DNA from: Lentisphaeria bacterium | GTDB lineage: Bacteria > Verrucomicrobiota > Lentisphaeria > JABSQK01 > JAWLHB01 | Assembly (NCBI GenBank): GCA_041690595.1 | Contig: JAWLHB010000003.1 | Span: 248,001 to 304,332, forward strand | DNA: 56,332 bases | Reading direction: 5' to 3' | Part shown: one piece after another, positions 46,573 through 55,333 of the stretch | Layout of the letters: the number at the start of each line of letters is the position of its first letter | Position numbering within the stretch: position 1 is the stretch's first letter | The notes under the pieces: model-generated | Seen by the model: only the letters and a program-made list of their open reading frames with translations | What the model was told of the DNA's origin: nothing | The model's database searches: none | Translations under genes and position numbers: made by a program

Positions 46573-47544
46573 ATGCTAGGCGATCGAGACTATATGCGCC
46601 CGCAATGGCGCGGGGGCTACTCTGGACCGTTCCGACGCGGAAGAGGCCCCCTTTCCGTGACCACCCTCATCATCCTGGTCACTATTTTCGTCTTTATCCT
46701 TCAGTTGGTCATACCGGGCTTGACCGAGACTCTCGGCTTACGGGCTCCAGCGATCCGGGATGGGCAAATCTGGCGCCTCGTCACCCACATGCTCGCGCAC
46801 TCCGATCAGAGCGTCTTTCATATTCTGCTCAACATGTTTGTTCTATTCATGTTCGGCAGAATGATCGAACAGAGCATTGGCCCGCGGCACTACATTGCTC
46901 TGTATATGGTGAGCGGCATCAGCGGTGGCCTGCTGTGGCTCCTCTTCAACTGGAACCCGGTCGTGACTGAGATGGGGCCTTATCATCCCCTGCTGGTTGG
47001 CGCCAGCGGCGGCGTCATGGGTATCCTTGCAGCTACGGCTTACCTCTTCCCGCACGAACGCGTCATGCTCCTCATCCCCCCGATTCCGATGAAGTTGCGC
47101 ACGATGGTCATCTGCATCATCATTGTCGAAGTGGGTATGGAACTGATGCGTACCTCGACCGGTATCGCGCATCTGGCGCATCTTGGTGGCATTGCGGCGG
47201 GTTTTCTCTATATTCATCTTTTCTGGAAGCGGCGAGGCTTCGTCCGTCATGGCCCCAGTCGCACCACCTCGTTTGGCCCTTCGCCACCGGCAGTCCGCGC
47301 CGGCACGCTTCGCAACCTCTTCGGCGGCAACAGCGCCAAGAGCCGGGAAGCCCACGCTCCGGACCTGCGCTGGGCTCCACCTCCCGAGCTTTCTTCCCCT
47401 CGGGGCGAAAGCGACGAGGTGGTTGATGAGCGAGAAGTCGACCGTATTCTCGACAAAATTGGCCGCGAAGGAATCCGCAGCCTCAGCAACGACGAACGAC
47501 GTGTCCTCAAACGTGCCAGCGAACGCGAAAAGCGAAAACTCTGA
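46573..47544 (+). CDS. Rhomboid family intramembrane serine protease with C-terminal soluble tail
   Basis: WRLVT, HILLNM, GASG, AHLAHLGG; tail VDRILDKI...SL...ERRVL. Confidence 0.92.
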   Translation: MLGDRDYMRPQWRGGYSGPFRRGRGPLSVTTLIILVTIFVFILQLVIPGLTETLGLRAPAIRDGQIWRLVTHMLAHSDQSVFHILLNMFVLFMFGRMIEQSIGPRHYIALYMVSGISGGLLWLLFNWNPVVTEMGPYHPLLVGASGGVMGILAATAYLFPHERVMLLIPPIPMKLRTMVICIIIVEVGMELMRTSTGIAHLAHLGGIAAGFLYIHLFWKRRGFVRHGPSRTTSFGPSPPAVRAGTLRNLFGGNSAKSREAHAPDLRWAPPPELSSPRGESDEVVDEREVDRILDKIGREGIRSLSNDERRVLKRASEREKRKL

Positions 47545-47546
47545 TC

Positions 47547-48485
47547 ATGGCTGATCCCGATCTCCGCATCACCCTGGCAGGCATCCCCCTGCGCAATCCC
47601 GTTCTCACCGCCTCCGGCACCTTTGGGTACGGCAAGGAATACCAGGGGCTGGTTCCCATGGAGCGTCTTGGTGGTATTACCGTCAAGGGCGTCTCGCCGT
47701 TCCCTTCGCATGGCAATCCCACGCCGCGCACCTGCGAAGTCTTTGCCGGGCTCATCAATTCCATCGGCTTGCAGAACCCCGGCATCGACACCTTCATTAC
47801 GCATCCCGACTACCTGCCTTTCCTGCGAACCCTCGACACGCAGATCTTCGTCAACATCTGGGGCAAGACCATCGAGGACTACGTGGAAGTGGCGCGTCGC
47901 CTGGAGGCGGAGCGGGAAGGCATCGCCTGTCTCGAGATCAACATTTCCTGTCCGAATATCAAGGAAGGGGGCATCGCCTTCGGCACTGATGCCAAGCAGT
48001 CCGCCAGAGTGGTCAAGGCGGTCCGTGAGGTGACGACGCTCCCGCTGAGTACGAAGCTCAGCCCCAATGTCAGCCGTATTGGCGACTTTGCAAAGGCCGT
48101 GGTCGATGCGGGTAGCGATATCATTTCCCTGATCAACACCTTCCCGGCAATGGCCATCGATATCGAGACCCGTCTACCGCGCATTGCCAGCATCACGGGG
48201 GGGCTCAGCGGTCCGGCCATCAAGCCGCTTGCCGTCCGGATGGTCTATGAATGCCACCGCGCCGTGCAGGTACCGATCATCGGCATGGGCGGCATCAGCA
48301 GTCCGGAAGATGCCATCGAATTCATTCTGGCGGGCGCGTCGGCGGTGGCGGTGGGCACCGCCATTTTCGCCGATCCTCGCGCTCCCGTGAGAATCGTCGA
48401 TGGCATTGCAGCCTATATGCGCCGTCACGGCGTGAACAGCTTGAGCGAGCTTATTGGGCAGGTGGGTGTGCGGGCCCCCGCCTGA
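47547..48485 (+). CDS. pyrD: Dihydroorotate dehydrogenase, family 1 catalytic subunit
   Basis: NPVLTASGTFG, NSIGLQNPG, EINISCPN, KLSPNV, LINT, GGLSGPAIKP, IIGMGGI. Confidence 0.94.
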   Translation: MADPDLRITLAGIPLRNPVLTASGTFGYGKEYQGLVPMERLGGITVKGVSPFPSHGNPTPRTCEVFAGLINSIGLQNPGIDTFITHPDYLPFLRTLDTQIFVNIWGKTIEDYVEVARRLEAEREGIACLEINISCPNIKEGGIAFGTDAKQSARVVKAVREVTTLPLSTKLSPNVSRIGDFAKAVVDAGSDIISLINTFPAMAIDIETRLPRIASITGGLSGPAIKPLAVRMVYECHRAVQVPIIGMGGISSPEDAIEFILAGASAVAVGTAIFADPRAPVRIVDGIAAYMRRHGVNSLSELIGQVGVRAPA

Positions 48486-48513
48486 TGCAGGGGCCCGCTG
48501 AATCGGCAGCCTG

Positions 48514-49308
48514 TCAGACTCCCTGCTCCAGCAGGAACTGCAGGCTTGACTCCAGGCAGTTGAACGGGTCACGACCAAAGCAGTTGTCCTGTTCGACCGC
48601 ATACCATTCGACTCCCGCGGCGCGGCATGCCGGCAGGATCTCGCTCCAGTCGAGGTTGCCTTCGCCGATCGGCGCGAAGCGCGCCTCGTTGCCCTCAGCC
48701 ACCTCTTTGTCCTTGAGGTGAATCACCGGCACGCGACCATGCGCCCGCTCGAAGAGGCGGACCGGATTCACCCCGGCATGCACGGCCCAATAGGTGTCGA
48801 TCTCCAGGCAGAAATCCTCGCCACCTTCGTCCACGAATATGTCGTACCTGGTGCGCTGGCCCGGCCCCGTCCGCACAAACTCGTACGCGTGGTTGTGATA
48901 GCCAAAGCGGATGCCCGCCTTTTTCAACTCGGCGATCACCTGGCTCGACTCCTTGACGAAAGAGCGGAAGCCGTCCGCGCCCTGTTCACGATAAGGGGCG
49001 GGAATGCCGCCAACGGCGGCGAAGGTGCAGCCCAGCGTCTGATGAAAGTCAATTTCCCGCTGAGTCTCTCTTGCAAGCGCCTCCCAGCCGCGATGCGTGG
49101 CAATGCACTGCAAACCATTATCGTCCAGCATCGCGCGGGCTTCTTTCGCAGAGACTTCGGGGCTTTCGCCGTTCATGCAACCAACGGCCGAAAGCTGCAC
49201 CGCGGACCATCCCATCTTGGACAGTTTCTTCAAGGTTGCGGCAAAATCAGCTCCCGTGCCGATGTACTCTCGCAATGTGAACATCTGAACCGCGGCTCGA
49301 CTGGCCAT
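48514..49308 (-). CDS. Sugar phosphate isomerase/epimerase (xylose-isomerase-like TIM barrel)
   Basis: VQMFTLR, GYHNHAYEF, EIDTYW, IHLKD, IGEGNLDW, VEQD; GAGGAG RBS. Confidence 0.9.
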   Translation of the reverse strand: MASRAAVQMFTLREYIGTGADFAATLKKLSKMGWSAVQLSAVGCMNGESPEVSAKEARAMLDDNGLQCIATHRGWEALARETQREIDFHQTLGCTFAAVGGIPAPYREQGADGFRSFVKESSQVIAELKKAGIRFGYHNHAYEFVRTGPGQRTRYDIFVDEGGEDFCLEIDTYWAVHAGVNPVRLFERAHGRVPVIHLKDKEVAEGNEARFAPIGEGNLDWSEILPACRAAGVEWYAVEQDNCFGRDPFNCLESSLQFLLEQGV

Positions 49309-49874
49309 GAGAACTCCTCGCTTTCTTACGTTATAAGGATAAAAGGAATTTAATGAGGATAATGGAGCCAAACGAAAAAACAACTGTCTAATCTAAAAAA
49401 GTGAAGAGACGCCATTACCGGTCAGCCAAGCGGTCACGCTCGGCAGACGAGGTTCTGCCCTGTCACTCAATTGACCCAACTTCAATCACCTCTGTGCCGT
49501 TGAGCCTCTTTTCCGCTAAATCGCAAGCTTTTAGTTGACTTCAACCATTATCCGTGTTACCTCATGTAATCGTTTCGATTAACGAAACTAACGCTTACAA
49601 CAAAGCGACCATCAATTCGCCACGGATTTGGATGTGTCAACAAAGTTGACAACGGCAGCATTGGCAACTACTGCCAACATTTAGCGAAAGCGAGGTGAGT
49701 TTGACAAACGCCGGAAATGCTATAGTTTACGTAAAATAAGCATTTTCAGTTAGTTGCAACTTCAACCATGAATCCTGGCAGGGCTTCTGCTAATACATAC
49801 CACTATCTCAGGGGGGTAGGAATCGATCTCTGAGAAAAGGGTGAAAACACGTACAACCTATAGAGGAGTCGATC

Positions 49875-50099
49875 ATGACAAAGAAAAAGAGCAATGCCCA
49901 CGTAGAGCAAGAGCCGCTGATGACATTGTCGGATGTGGCCAGTTTTCTGCAGGTAGCCGAGCGTACAGTTTATCTGTGGGCCCAGCGGGGCATGATCCCC
50001 AGCTTCAAGCTGGGTAACGTCTGGCGCTTCAAGCGCACGGATCTGGAAAGATGGATCGAGGAATGCAAGTCCACCACGCCCCGCACCGCCGCGGAGTAA
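49875..50099 (+). CDS. Small excisionase/BldC-like helix-turn-helix DNA-binding protein
   Basis: LMTLSDVASFLQVAERTVYLWAQRGMIPSFKLGNVWRFKRTDLERWI; GAGGAG RBS. Confidence 0.88.
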   Translation: MTKKKSNAHVEQEPLMTLSDVASFLQVAERTVYLWAQRGMIPSFKLGNVWRFKRTDLERWIEECKSTTPRTAAE

Positions 50100-50145
50100 G
50101 TGGTGCGGATTCTGGCGTGATCCGTGCATCGCGCCTGTTTCTCTT

Positions 50146-50185
50146 CCACCGGCTTCACGTTGCGACGTGAGGCCGGTGGCATTTT
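50146..50185 (+). terminator. Putative terminator after the HTH gene
   Basis: CCACCGGCTTCACGT-TGCG-ACGTGAGGCCGGTGG 15-bp stem (one G-U) followed by CATTTT. Confidence 0.7.
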
Positions 50186-50216
50186 CCCTTTGGCGCCTCA
50201 GGCAGTTCGTCCAAAC

Positions 50217-50245
50217 TTGACACTTGCACCACTTTGCGTTATAGT
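50217..50245 (+). promoter_or_regulatory. Near-consensus sigma70 promoter for the iscA-orf-nfu operon
   Basis: TTGACA (50217-22)-N17-TATAGT (50240-45). Confidence 0.75.
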
Positions 50246-50322
50246 TATAAGCTATACGGGTGGTTCTCCGAACTCCCCGTTTTTCATTGCACAGCAACCA
50301 ACCGGGGGAGTCACGAACGCCC

Positions 50323-50643
50323 ATGGATATTGCGCTCACCGACAAGGCACGCACCCGGCTCAAGAGCCTGGGGGCCGGCCAAGATCACTTTCTACGAATT
50401 TCAGTCGTTGCCGGCGGTTGCAGCGGGCACACCTACAGCGCCGCACTGGATCACCAGATGCAGCCTGGCGATGAGGTCATCTACGATGACGATGGACTTC
50501 GCATTGTTGCCGAAGGCCGCAGTTCCCTTTTCCTCGATGGGCTCGTCATCGATTACTCTGACGATCTGATCAAAGCCGGCTTCAGACTCAGCAACGGCAA
50601 CGCGAAGACCGCGTGCGGTTGCGGCGCCAGTTTCAGCATGTAA
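50323..50643 (+). CDS. A-type Fe-S carrier (IscA/HesB/ErpA family)
   Basis: LRISVVAGGCSG...IDYS...CGCGASF; GGGGAG RBS. Confidence 0.93.
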   Translation: MDIALTDKARTRLKSLGAGQDHFLRISVVAGGCSGHTYSAALDHQMQPGDEVIYDDDGLRIVAEGRSSLFLDGLVIDYSDDLIKAGFRLSNGNAKTACGCGASFSM

Positions 50644-50666
50644 TTTCAATCAGCCATGAGGGTGCC

Positions 50667-50879
50667 GTGAGTACCGAGCCAATACCACTTCTGGGCGGAA
50701 AATCCGTCTATTGTATCAATGAGAGTCAGTTGCGTGAAGCCTTTCAACTGGCCACGGAGGATCCCATCAGTTCTCCTCGTATTCAGGAAATCCTCAAGGA
50801 GCTGGAAGGATCGCTCAGCCGCAATGAGCGCGCCGCCCTCGCTTTCGTGATGATTGACCGACTGTTGAAAACCGCCTAA
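50667..50879 (+). CDS. Small hypothetical protein (70 aa) in the Fe-S carrier operon
   Basis: GTG start with GAGG upstream; fills the gap between iscA and nfu on the same strand; amphipathic helical composition. Confidence 0.6.
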   Translation: MSTEPIPLLGGKSVYCINESQLREAFQLATEDPISSPRIQEILKELEGSLSRNERAALAFVMIDRLLKTA

Positions 50880-50895
50880 ACCAGGCATTCGCGCC

Positions 50896-51453
50896 ATGAG
50901 CAAGACGCCGATTCAGATCAATCTGGAATTCACACCGAACCCCAACACGCTCAAGTATGCGATTAATAAGCGGATCCTCGCCACGGGCGCGGAGAACTTT
51001 ACGGATGCGGCTGAGGCCGCCGAGTATTCGCCGCTTGCCAATAAGCTCTTTGGCATCGATGGCATCAGCGGGGTCATGATCGGCCCCTCCTTTGTCACCA
51101 TAACCCTGTCAGATACGGACAATCTGCGTGAGCTGAACAAGCAGGTGATGAGCGTTCTGAAGGAACACCTGGAATCCGGTGAACTCATCTGCAAGCCCCG
51201 CGAGCGCGAGTTGAGTCCCGAGCAGGATGAAACATCGACCCGCATCCGCGCGATCATCGAGAACGAGATTCGTCCGGCCGTCGCCATGGACGGCGGCGAT
51301 GTCAGCTTCGAAGGCTACAAGGATGGAATCGTCTATCTCTACATGATGGGTGCATGCGCCGGTTGCCCAAGCGCCAGCATGACCCTCAAGATGGGCATCG
51401 AGAGCAGACTCAAGCAGGAAGTTCCCGAGATCGTCGCCGTCGAACAGATCTGA
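50896..51453 (+). CDS. NifU/Nfu family Fe-S carrier (Nfu N-terminal plus NifU-C domain)
   Basis: TPNPNTLKY...SPLANKLF; IRPAVAMDGGD...GACAGCPS...TLKMGIE. Confidence 0.93.
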   Translation: MSKTPIQINLEFTPNPNTLKYAINKRILATGAENFTDAAEAAEYSPLANKLFGIDGISGVMIGPSFVTITLSDTDNLRELNKQVMSVLKEHLESGELICKPRERELSPEQDETSTRIRAIIENEIRPAVAMDGGDVSFEGYKDGIVYLYMMGACAGCPSASMTLKMGIESRLKQEVPEIVAVEQI

Positions 51454-51480
51454 AGCTTTGATCCACCTTACGGTGGAGAC

Positions 51481-51519
51481 AAAAAAGCCGCCCGCGCAAC
51501 GAATGCGCGAGCGGCTTTT
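51481..51519. terminator. Bidirectional rho-independent terminator
   Basis: AAAAAAGCCGCCCGCGCA-ACGAA-TGCGCGAGCGGCTTTT between convergent genes. Confidence 0.85.
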
Positions 51520-51532
51520 GAGTTTCAGAGGG

Positions 51533-53800
51533 TTAGAGGCCCTTCACGGCATCGACGAGAGCGTCGGCCGTGATTCCGAAGTGCTCCCAAGTTTCCATGT
51601 GGCCTTCGGATGGGGCAGTGCGCGGATCGACGATGCCGATGAAGTCAGCGGGGACGGCTGCCTTGCAGGCAAGTCCCGCCACCACGGCGGCAAAGCCGCG
51701 CAAGCCGGAAGAGAGGCCGCCGATGAGTCCGTCTTCAATGCTCACCACGCCACCCGGGTACTTCTTGATCAACTTCAGAGTCGCCGGGAGATCCAGCGGC
51801 ATGCCGTTGACGATGGCGACATCGACCGGCGTGCCAGCCTCTGCCAGCCGGGCGGCCGCCTGATCCGCCAGGAACGCGGGGGCGCCCATGGCCAGAATGA
51901 GCTTGGTGGCACCTTCGTAGCGGCGGAAGCTGGTGATCGGCTCCCAATCGTCCGTTGCCTTGTAGAGGGGGCCGGAACCATCCTGTTTGGCAAGCACGGG
52001 CAGATTGTCGCGCGGGATGCCGATGATATGGGCGCCGTAATGAGCCGCCAGATCCTTCACCGCGACGAAGGCCGAACGGACGTCCGCCGGCGCATAGAAG
52101 CGGTGCAGGTAGGGCAGATACCCGAGGGCCAGGCTGATCCAGTCCAGGCCCCAGCCGGAGAAGTGATCGCGGCCGGTGCAGGCGCCGACATGCGAAAGAT
52201 GCATGCAGACATTCAGCCCCTCGTTGACGCCGTTGAGGTTGCGCTGGTAGCGCCACATCTCAAAGCCTTCGCGGGCAATGCCTTCGAAGAAGGCGGCAAA
52301 GGTGCTGAAGACGTTGAGCTGGGGATCACGGCTGCTCATCGCCAGCCCGTTCGCCATCATCGCGGAGACCTGCTCTTCGATGCTCATCTCGAACTGATGG
52401 TCCGGCTTGATGTGCTGACGCGCCTTGTCCAGCTTGGTGGAAGCATCCAGATCGCAGCTGATGACAAAGACGCGTTCCGGGAAGCTCTTGGCGACCGCTT
52501 CGTACGCAGCTTGGGAGCCTCCGCGGGGACTGGTTTCCTTGCCGATGGGGGGCAGCTTCTTGTCGGCCTCTTCGCATACATCCTTCGAGAGCACCAGATT
52601 GGGCGAACCACTGGCCGGACGGGCCAGGGTCTTCACCAGTCGGGGCTTGGCCTGACGCAGGGCGCTCAATGCAGCCTGCTGCTCACTTGTGGCCTGCATC
52701 ATTGGATTCGCCAGCACCTCCTCTTCCTTGCGTCCTTTCATCGAGCCGTCATGGTGGCCCTTGCCGCCAGGAAGATTGTTGACGAGGAAGACGCATTCGA
52801 GCATCGGATAGAGATCACGATAGCTCATCAACGCGCCCGGCACCCAGATCTTGGTGCTCGTGGCCACGTTGTTCGCCTTGGCAAACGCTTCGGTCTCTTT
52901 CACGATGCCGTACTGCTCGGCAAAGTGCTTGAGGTCGACGACCTGCTGATCGTCGGTGCGATAGCCGGTCGGGTAAATCAGGCTCGGCCGTCCCTTCTGC
53001 GCGAGGGTGTACGCTTGCCGATATGCCGCATAGAGGCCGACGACGTCGTGCAGGCTGGGAATCTCGATGATCTCAATGCCCATTGCCTGTATGATTGGCC
53101 GCGGATCCTTGTCCATGATCTCCTTGTTGGAGCCGGAGAGCTGGATGCCGTTGCGGTGCATGATGTAGGTGATTGGCGCCTTCTGCAAATCGGCGCCATT
53201 GAAGCCGTTGAGGGCCTGGCCGGAGATCCAGCCGGCGTCGCCGCAGTGGCAGACGACCCATGCGCCTTCGCCATGCTTGGCGCGCAGACCGACAGCCTGG
53301 CCCATCGCGGTCGGGATCATCACCCCGAGGCGGCCACTGCCGAGTTGGGTTCCACCGGGAATCCAGGAGACGTGGCCGGCGATGTCCAGATCGCGACGGA
53401 ACTTGTCGATCACGTCCTGTTTGTCGATGAAGCCAAAGGCCGAGAGAACCCCGAAATAGCCAATGCTGCAGTGACCGTTCTCGATCGCGTACTCTTTCTT
53501 CTCGTAGTCGGTGCAGGCGACCGTTAGCGTTAGAGCAGGCGTCAAGTCCAGCCCGCCGCCGAGGTGGTCAAGTTCGCCGATGGTGGCCAAAGAAGCCAGG
53601 GAGCTGATCGCGGTACGCGCGGCATCGATTTCCAGTGCCTGCAAGCCGAGAATCTGATCGCGGGTCAGGTTGGCCTGTCTGCCGATATCGATATGCAGCG
53701 GCACCACCTTGGACTCGACGTCGCCTTTGAGGTAGCGGGAGGTGTCAAGTAGCTGCTGATTACGTTGCTGCTGCGCAGCCCATGCGGGGTCGAGGGTCAT
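51533..53800 (-). CDS. Divergent single-chain transketolase-like ThDP-dependent enzyme
   Basis: DHLGGG, NGH, AGH, GSGRLG, GDAG...N ThDP motif, CDLDAST, SIEEQ, STFAAF, HVG, IED; AGGAG RBS before the ATG at 53800. Confidence 0.8.
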   Translation of the reverse strand: MTLDPAWAAQQQRNQQLLDTSRYLKGDVESKVVPLHIDIGRQANLTRDQILGLQALEIDAARTAISSLASLATIGELDHLGGGLDLTPALTLTVACTDYEKKEYAIENGHCSIGYFGVLSAFGFIDKQDVIDKFRRDLDIAGHVSWIPGGTQLGSGRLGVMIPTAMGQAVGLRAKHGEGAWVVCHCGDAGWISGQALNGFNGADLQKAPITYIMHRNGIQLSGSNKEIMDKDPRPIIQAMGIEIIEIPSLHDVVGLYAAYRQAYTLAQKGRPSLIYPTGYRTDDQQVVDLKHFAEQYGIVKETEAFAKANNVATSTKIWVPGALMSYRDLYPMLECVFLVNNLPGGKGHHDGSMKGRKEEEVLANPMMQATSEQQAALSALRQAKPRLVKTLARPASGSPNLVLSKDVCEEADKKLPPIGKETSPRGGSQAAYEAVAKSFPERVFVISCDLDASTKLDKARQHIKPDHQFEMSIEEQVSAMMANGLAMSSRDPQLNVFSTFAAFFEGIAREGFEMWRYQRNLNGVNEGLNVCMHLSHVGACTGRDHFSGWGLDWISLALGYLPYLHRFYAPADVRSAFVAVKDLAAHYGAHIIGIPRDNLPVLAKQDGSGPLYKATDDWEPITSFRRYEGATKLILAMGAPAFLADQAAARLAEAGTPVDVAIVNGMPLDLPATLKLIKKYPGGVVSIEDGLIGGLSSGLRGFAAVVAGLACKAAVPADFIGIVDPRTAPSEGHMETWEHFGITADALVDAVKGL

Positions 53801-53906
53801 TAGGATGAGCTCCTGAACTGGTGGTTGTAAGACAAACGATGCTTCTCCGCAAGCAAGGGCCCCGGGCAGAAAGATGCCTCGATACACAGGGCACGGGCGA
53901 AATGGA

Positions 53907-53934
53907 AGTTTACGGCTTCAAGCAGAAATATCAA
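53907..53934 (-). promoter_or_regulatory. Possible sigma70 promoter for the transketolase-like gene
   Basis: Minus strand TTGATA-N16-TAAACT. Confidence 0.4.
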
Positions 53935-53971
53935 GCTTTTTTCCGCCGATTACGTTAGGCATCGACGGCTT

Positions 53972-55333
53972 TCAAGCGAGGGGCAGCGTGATGGTGATGG
54001 TGGTGCCGCGCCCCGCCTCGCTCGCCGCCTCGATATGTCCCCGATGGGCAGTCACGATCCACTGGGCGATGGAAAGTCCAAGACCGGTCCCCGCCGTTCG
54101 ACTTCTGTCGACCTGATAGAAGCGATCAAAGATGCGAGCCAGATGCTCTGCGGGCACCCCTTCACCTTCATCCCGTACGCGAAGTACCGCCTGATCCTCA
54201 TGCGTCTCCAGCGTGACCAGCACGGTGGAGCCGGCGGGTGCGTACTTGATCGCATTGTGGATGGGATTGTAGATCATTCTGGTCAGGAGTGTCGGAACCC
54301 CCTGCACGTGGACATCGTCCTGCGTCTGGATGGCGAGAGTGATTCCGGCCTCATCTGCAAGAAACTCCACCTGATCCACGACCATCGCGATGCGCGCAGC
54401 CAGATCCACCTTCTCGAACCTTTCCGCCAGCCGGGAAGTTGGCTGAGATAAGAGCAACAGGCTCTCAACCAGATGCTGCAGATGCGCGATCGCCTCGATG
54501 CCGGAAGCCAGCGCCTCCTGATAGTCGACGACATCCCGCTCCTGCCGTAGCCCGACCTCCAGATTACCACGCAGCACTGTCAGCGGGGTGCGCAATTCAT
54601 GTGCGACATTGGCGCTGAATTCACTCACCCGCCCGAATAGTTGCTCGAGTTGCTCAAAGCTTGCATCGAGCTGATCGGCGAGCTGCTGCAACTCCACGTG
54701 CGGCATTGACTCCGCCCCGATACGCGCATCGAGATGCCCCTTGCTAAGTTGTTGGGCGGTTCTCGCGATCTGTGCCAGCGGCGCCACGACACGACGGCTC
54801 ACCCATAATCCAATCAACAGGCTCATCGATGCGACAAGGAGAAGATAGACGCTGAGCGCGGTTAATAATTGCTCCAGCGTTTCCTCGTGGCCTGAACTGC
54901 GCAACAGGACTTCCCAGTTTTCGCTTCTCAGGCGCAGGCCATAGCTCCATTCTTCAATTCCGCGTGGTCGCCACGTGTACGAGTAGATCTTGCCGGTGGG
55001 AGGTGCAGGCAGGTCCTGGAGTCTTGGTGCACCGTCAGTCGCATGAAGTAGTCTACCCTCCCGTGTGTAGATTGAGAAGGCAATGCGTTCCTGTCGGTCC
55101 GTAAAGCGCACATAATCGCCTACCATGGCAAAGACCGCGGGATCTGCCGCGGCTTCTTCATCCTGAGGGAGGCGGTCCGTAATGCTCAAAGCCAGATAAA
55201 GCAGGTCATGGCGCCCGGCATCCGCCTCGCTGTGCATGAGGAATAGCGCCATGAAAAGAAAGATCGCCAACCCGGCAAGCATCAGGCTGCCGGCAATCCA
55301 TGCGGTGACATGATAACGATAGGAGAGCATCAT
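53972..55333 (-). CDS. Membrane sensor histidine kinase (HAMP-HisKA-HATPase)
   Basis: Two TM segments, HAMP, AHELRTPL, NAIKY, DEGEG, IFDRFYQ, GTGLGLSI. Confidence 0.93.
   Translation of the reverse strand: MMLSYRYHVTAWIAGSLMLAGLAIFLFMALFLMHSEADAGRHDLLYLALSITDRLPQDEEAAADPAVFAMVGDYVRFTDRQERIAFSIYTREGRLLHATDGAPRLQDLPAPPTGKIYSYTWRPRGIEEWSYGLRLRSENWEVLLRSSGHEETLEQLLTALSVYLLLVASMSLLIGLWVSRRVVAPLAQIARTAQQLSKGHLDARIGAESMPHVELQQLADQLDASFEQLEQLFGRVSEFSANVAHELRTPLTVLRGNLEVGLRQERDVVDYQEALASGIEAIAHLQHLVESLLLLSQPTSRLAERFEKVDLAARIAMVVDQVEFLADEAGITLAIQTQDDVHVQGVPTLLTRMIYNPIHNAIKYAPAGSTVLVTLETHEDQAVLRVRDEGEGVPAEHLARIFDRFYQVDRSRTAGTGLGLSIAQWIVTAHRGHIEAASEAGRGTTITITLPLA

Noticed and set aside
49661..49677. Sigma54 promoter at TTGGCA
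   Set aside because: GG-to-GC spacing is 8 nt rather than the required 10.
49309..49874. Replication origin or CRISPR array in the AT-rich region
   Set aside because: No good DnaA boxes (best TTATCCGTG); repeats are short, irregularly spaced and lack spacer structure; no cas genes.
49875..50099. Excisionase-like gene as evidence of a prophage or ICE
   Set aside because: No integrase, tRNA, att-like repeats or phage genes nearby; flanks are housekeeping or metabolic.
38284..53800. Linking tauE, the isomerase and the transketolase-like gene into a sulfoquinovose transketolase pathway
   Set aside because: The genes are 10-15 kb apart in separate transcription units with housekeeping genes between; no sulfoquinovosidase seen.
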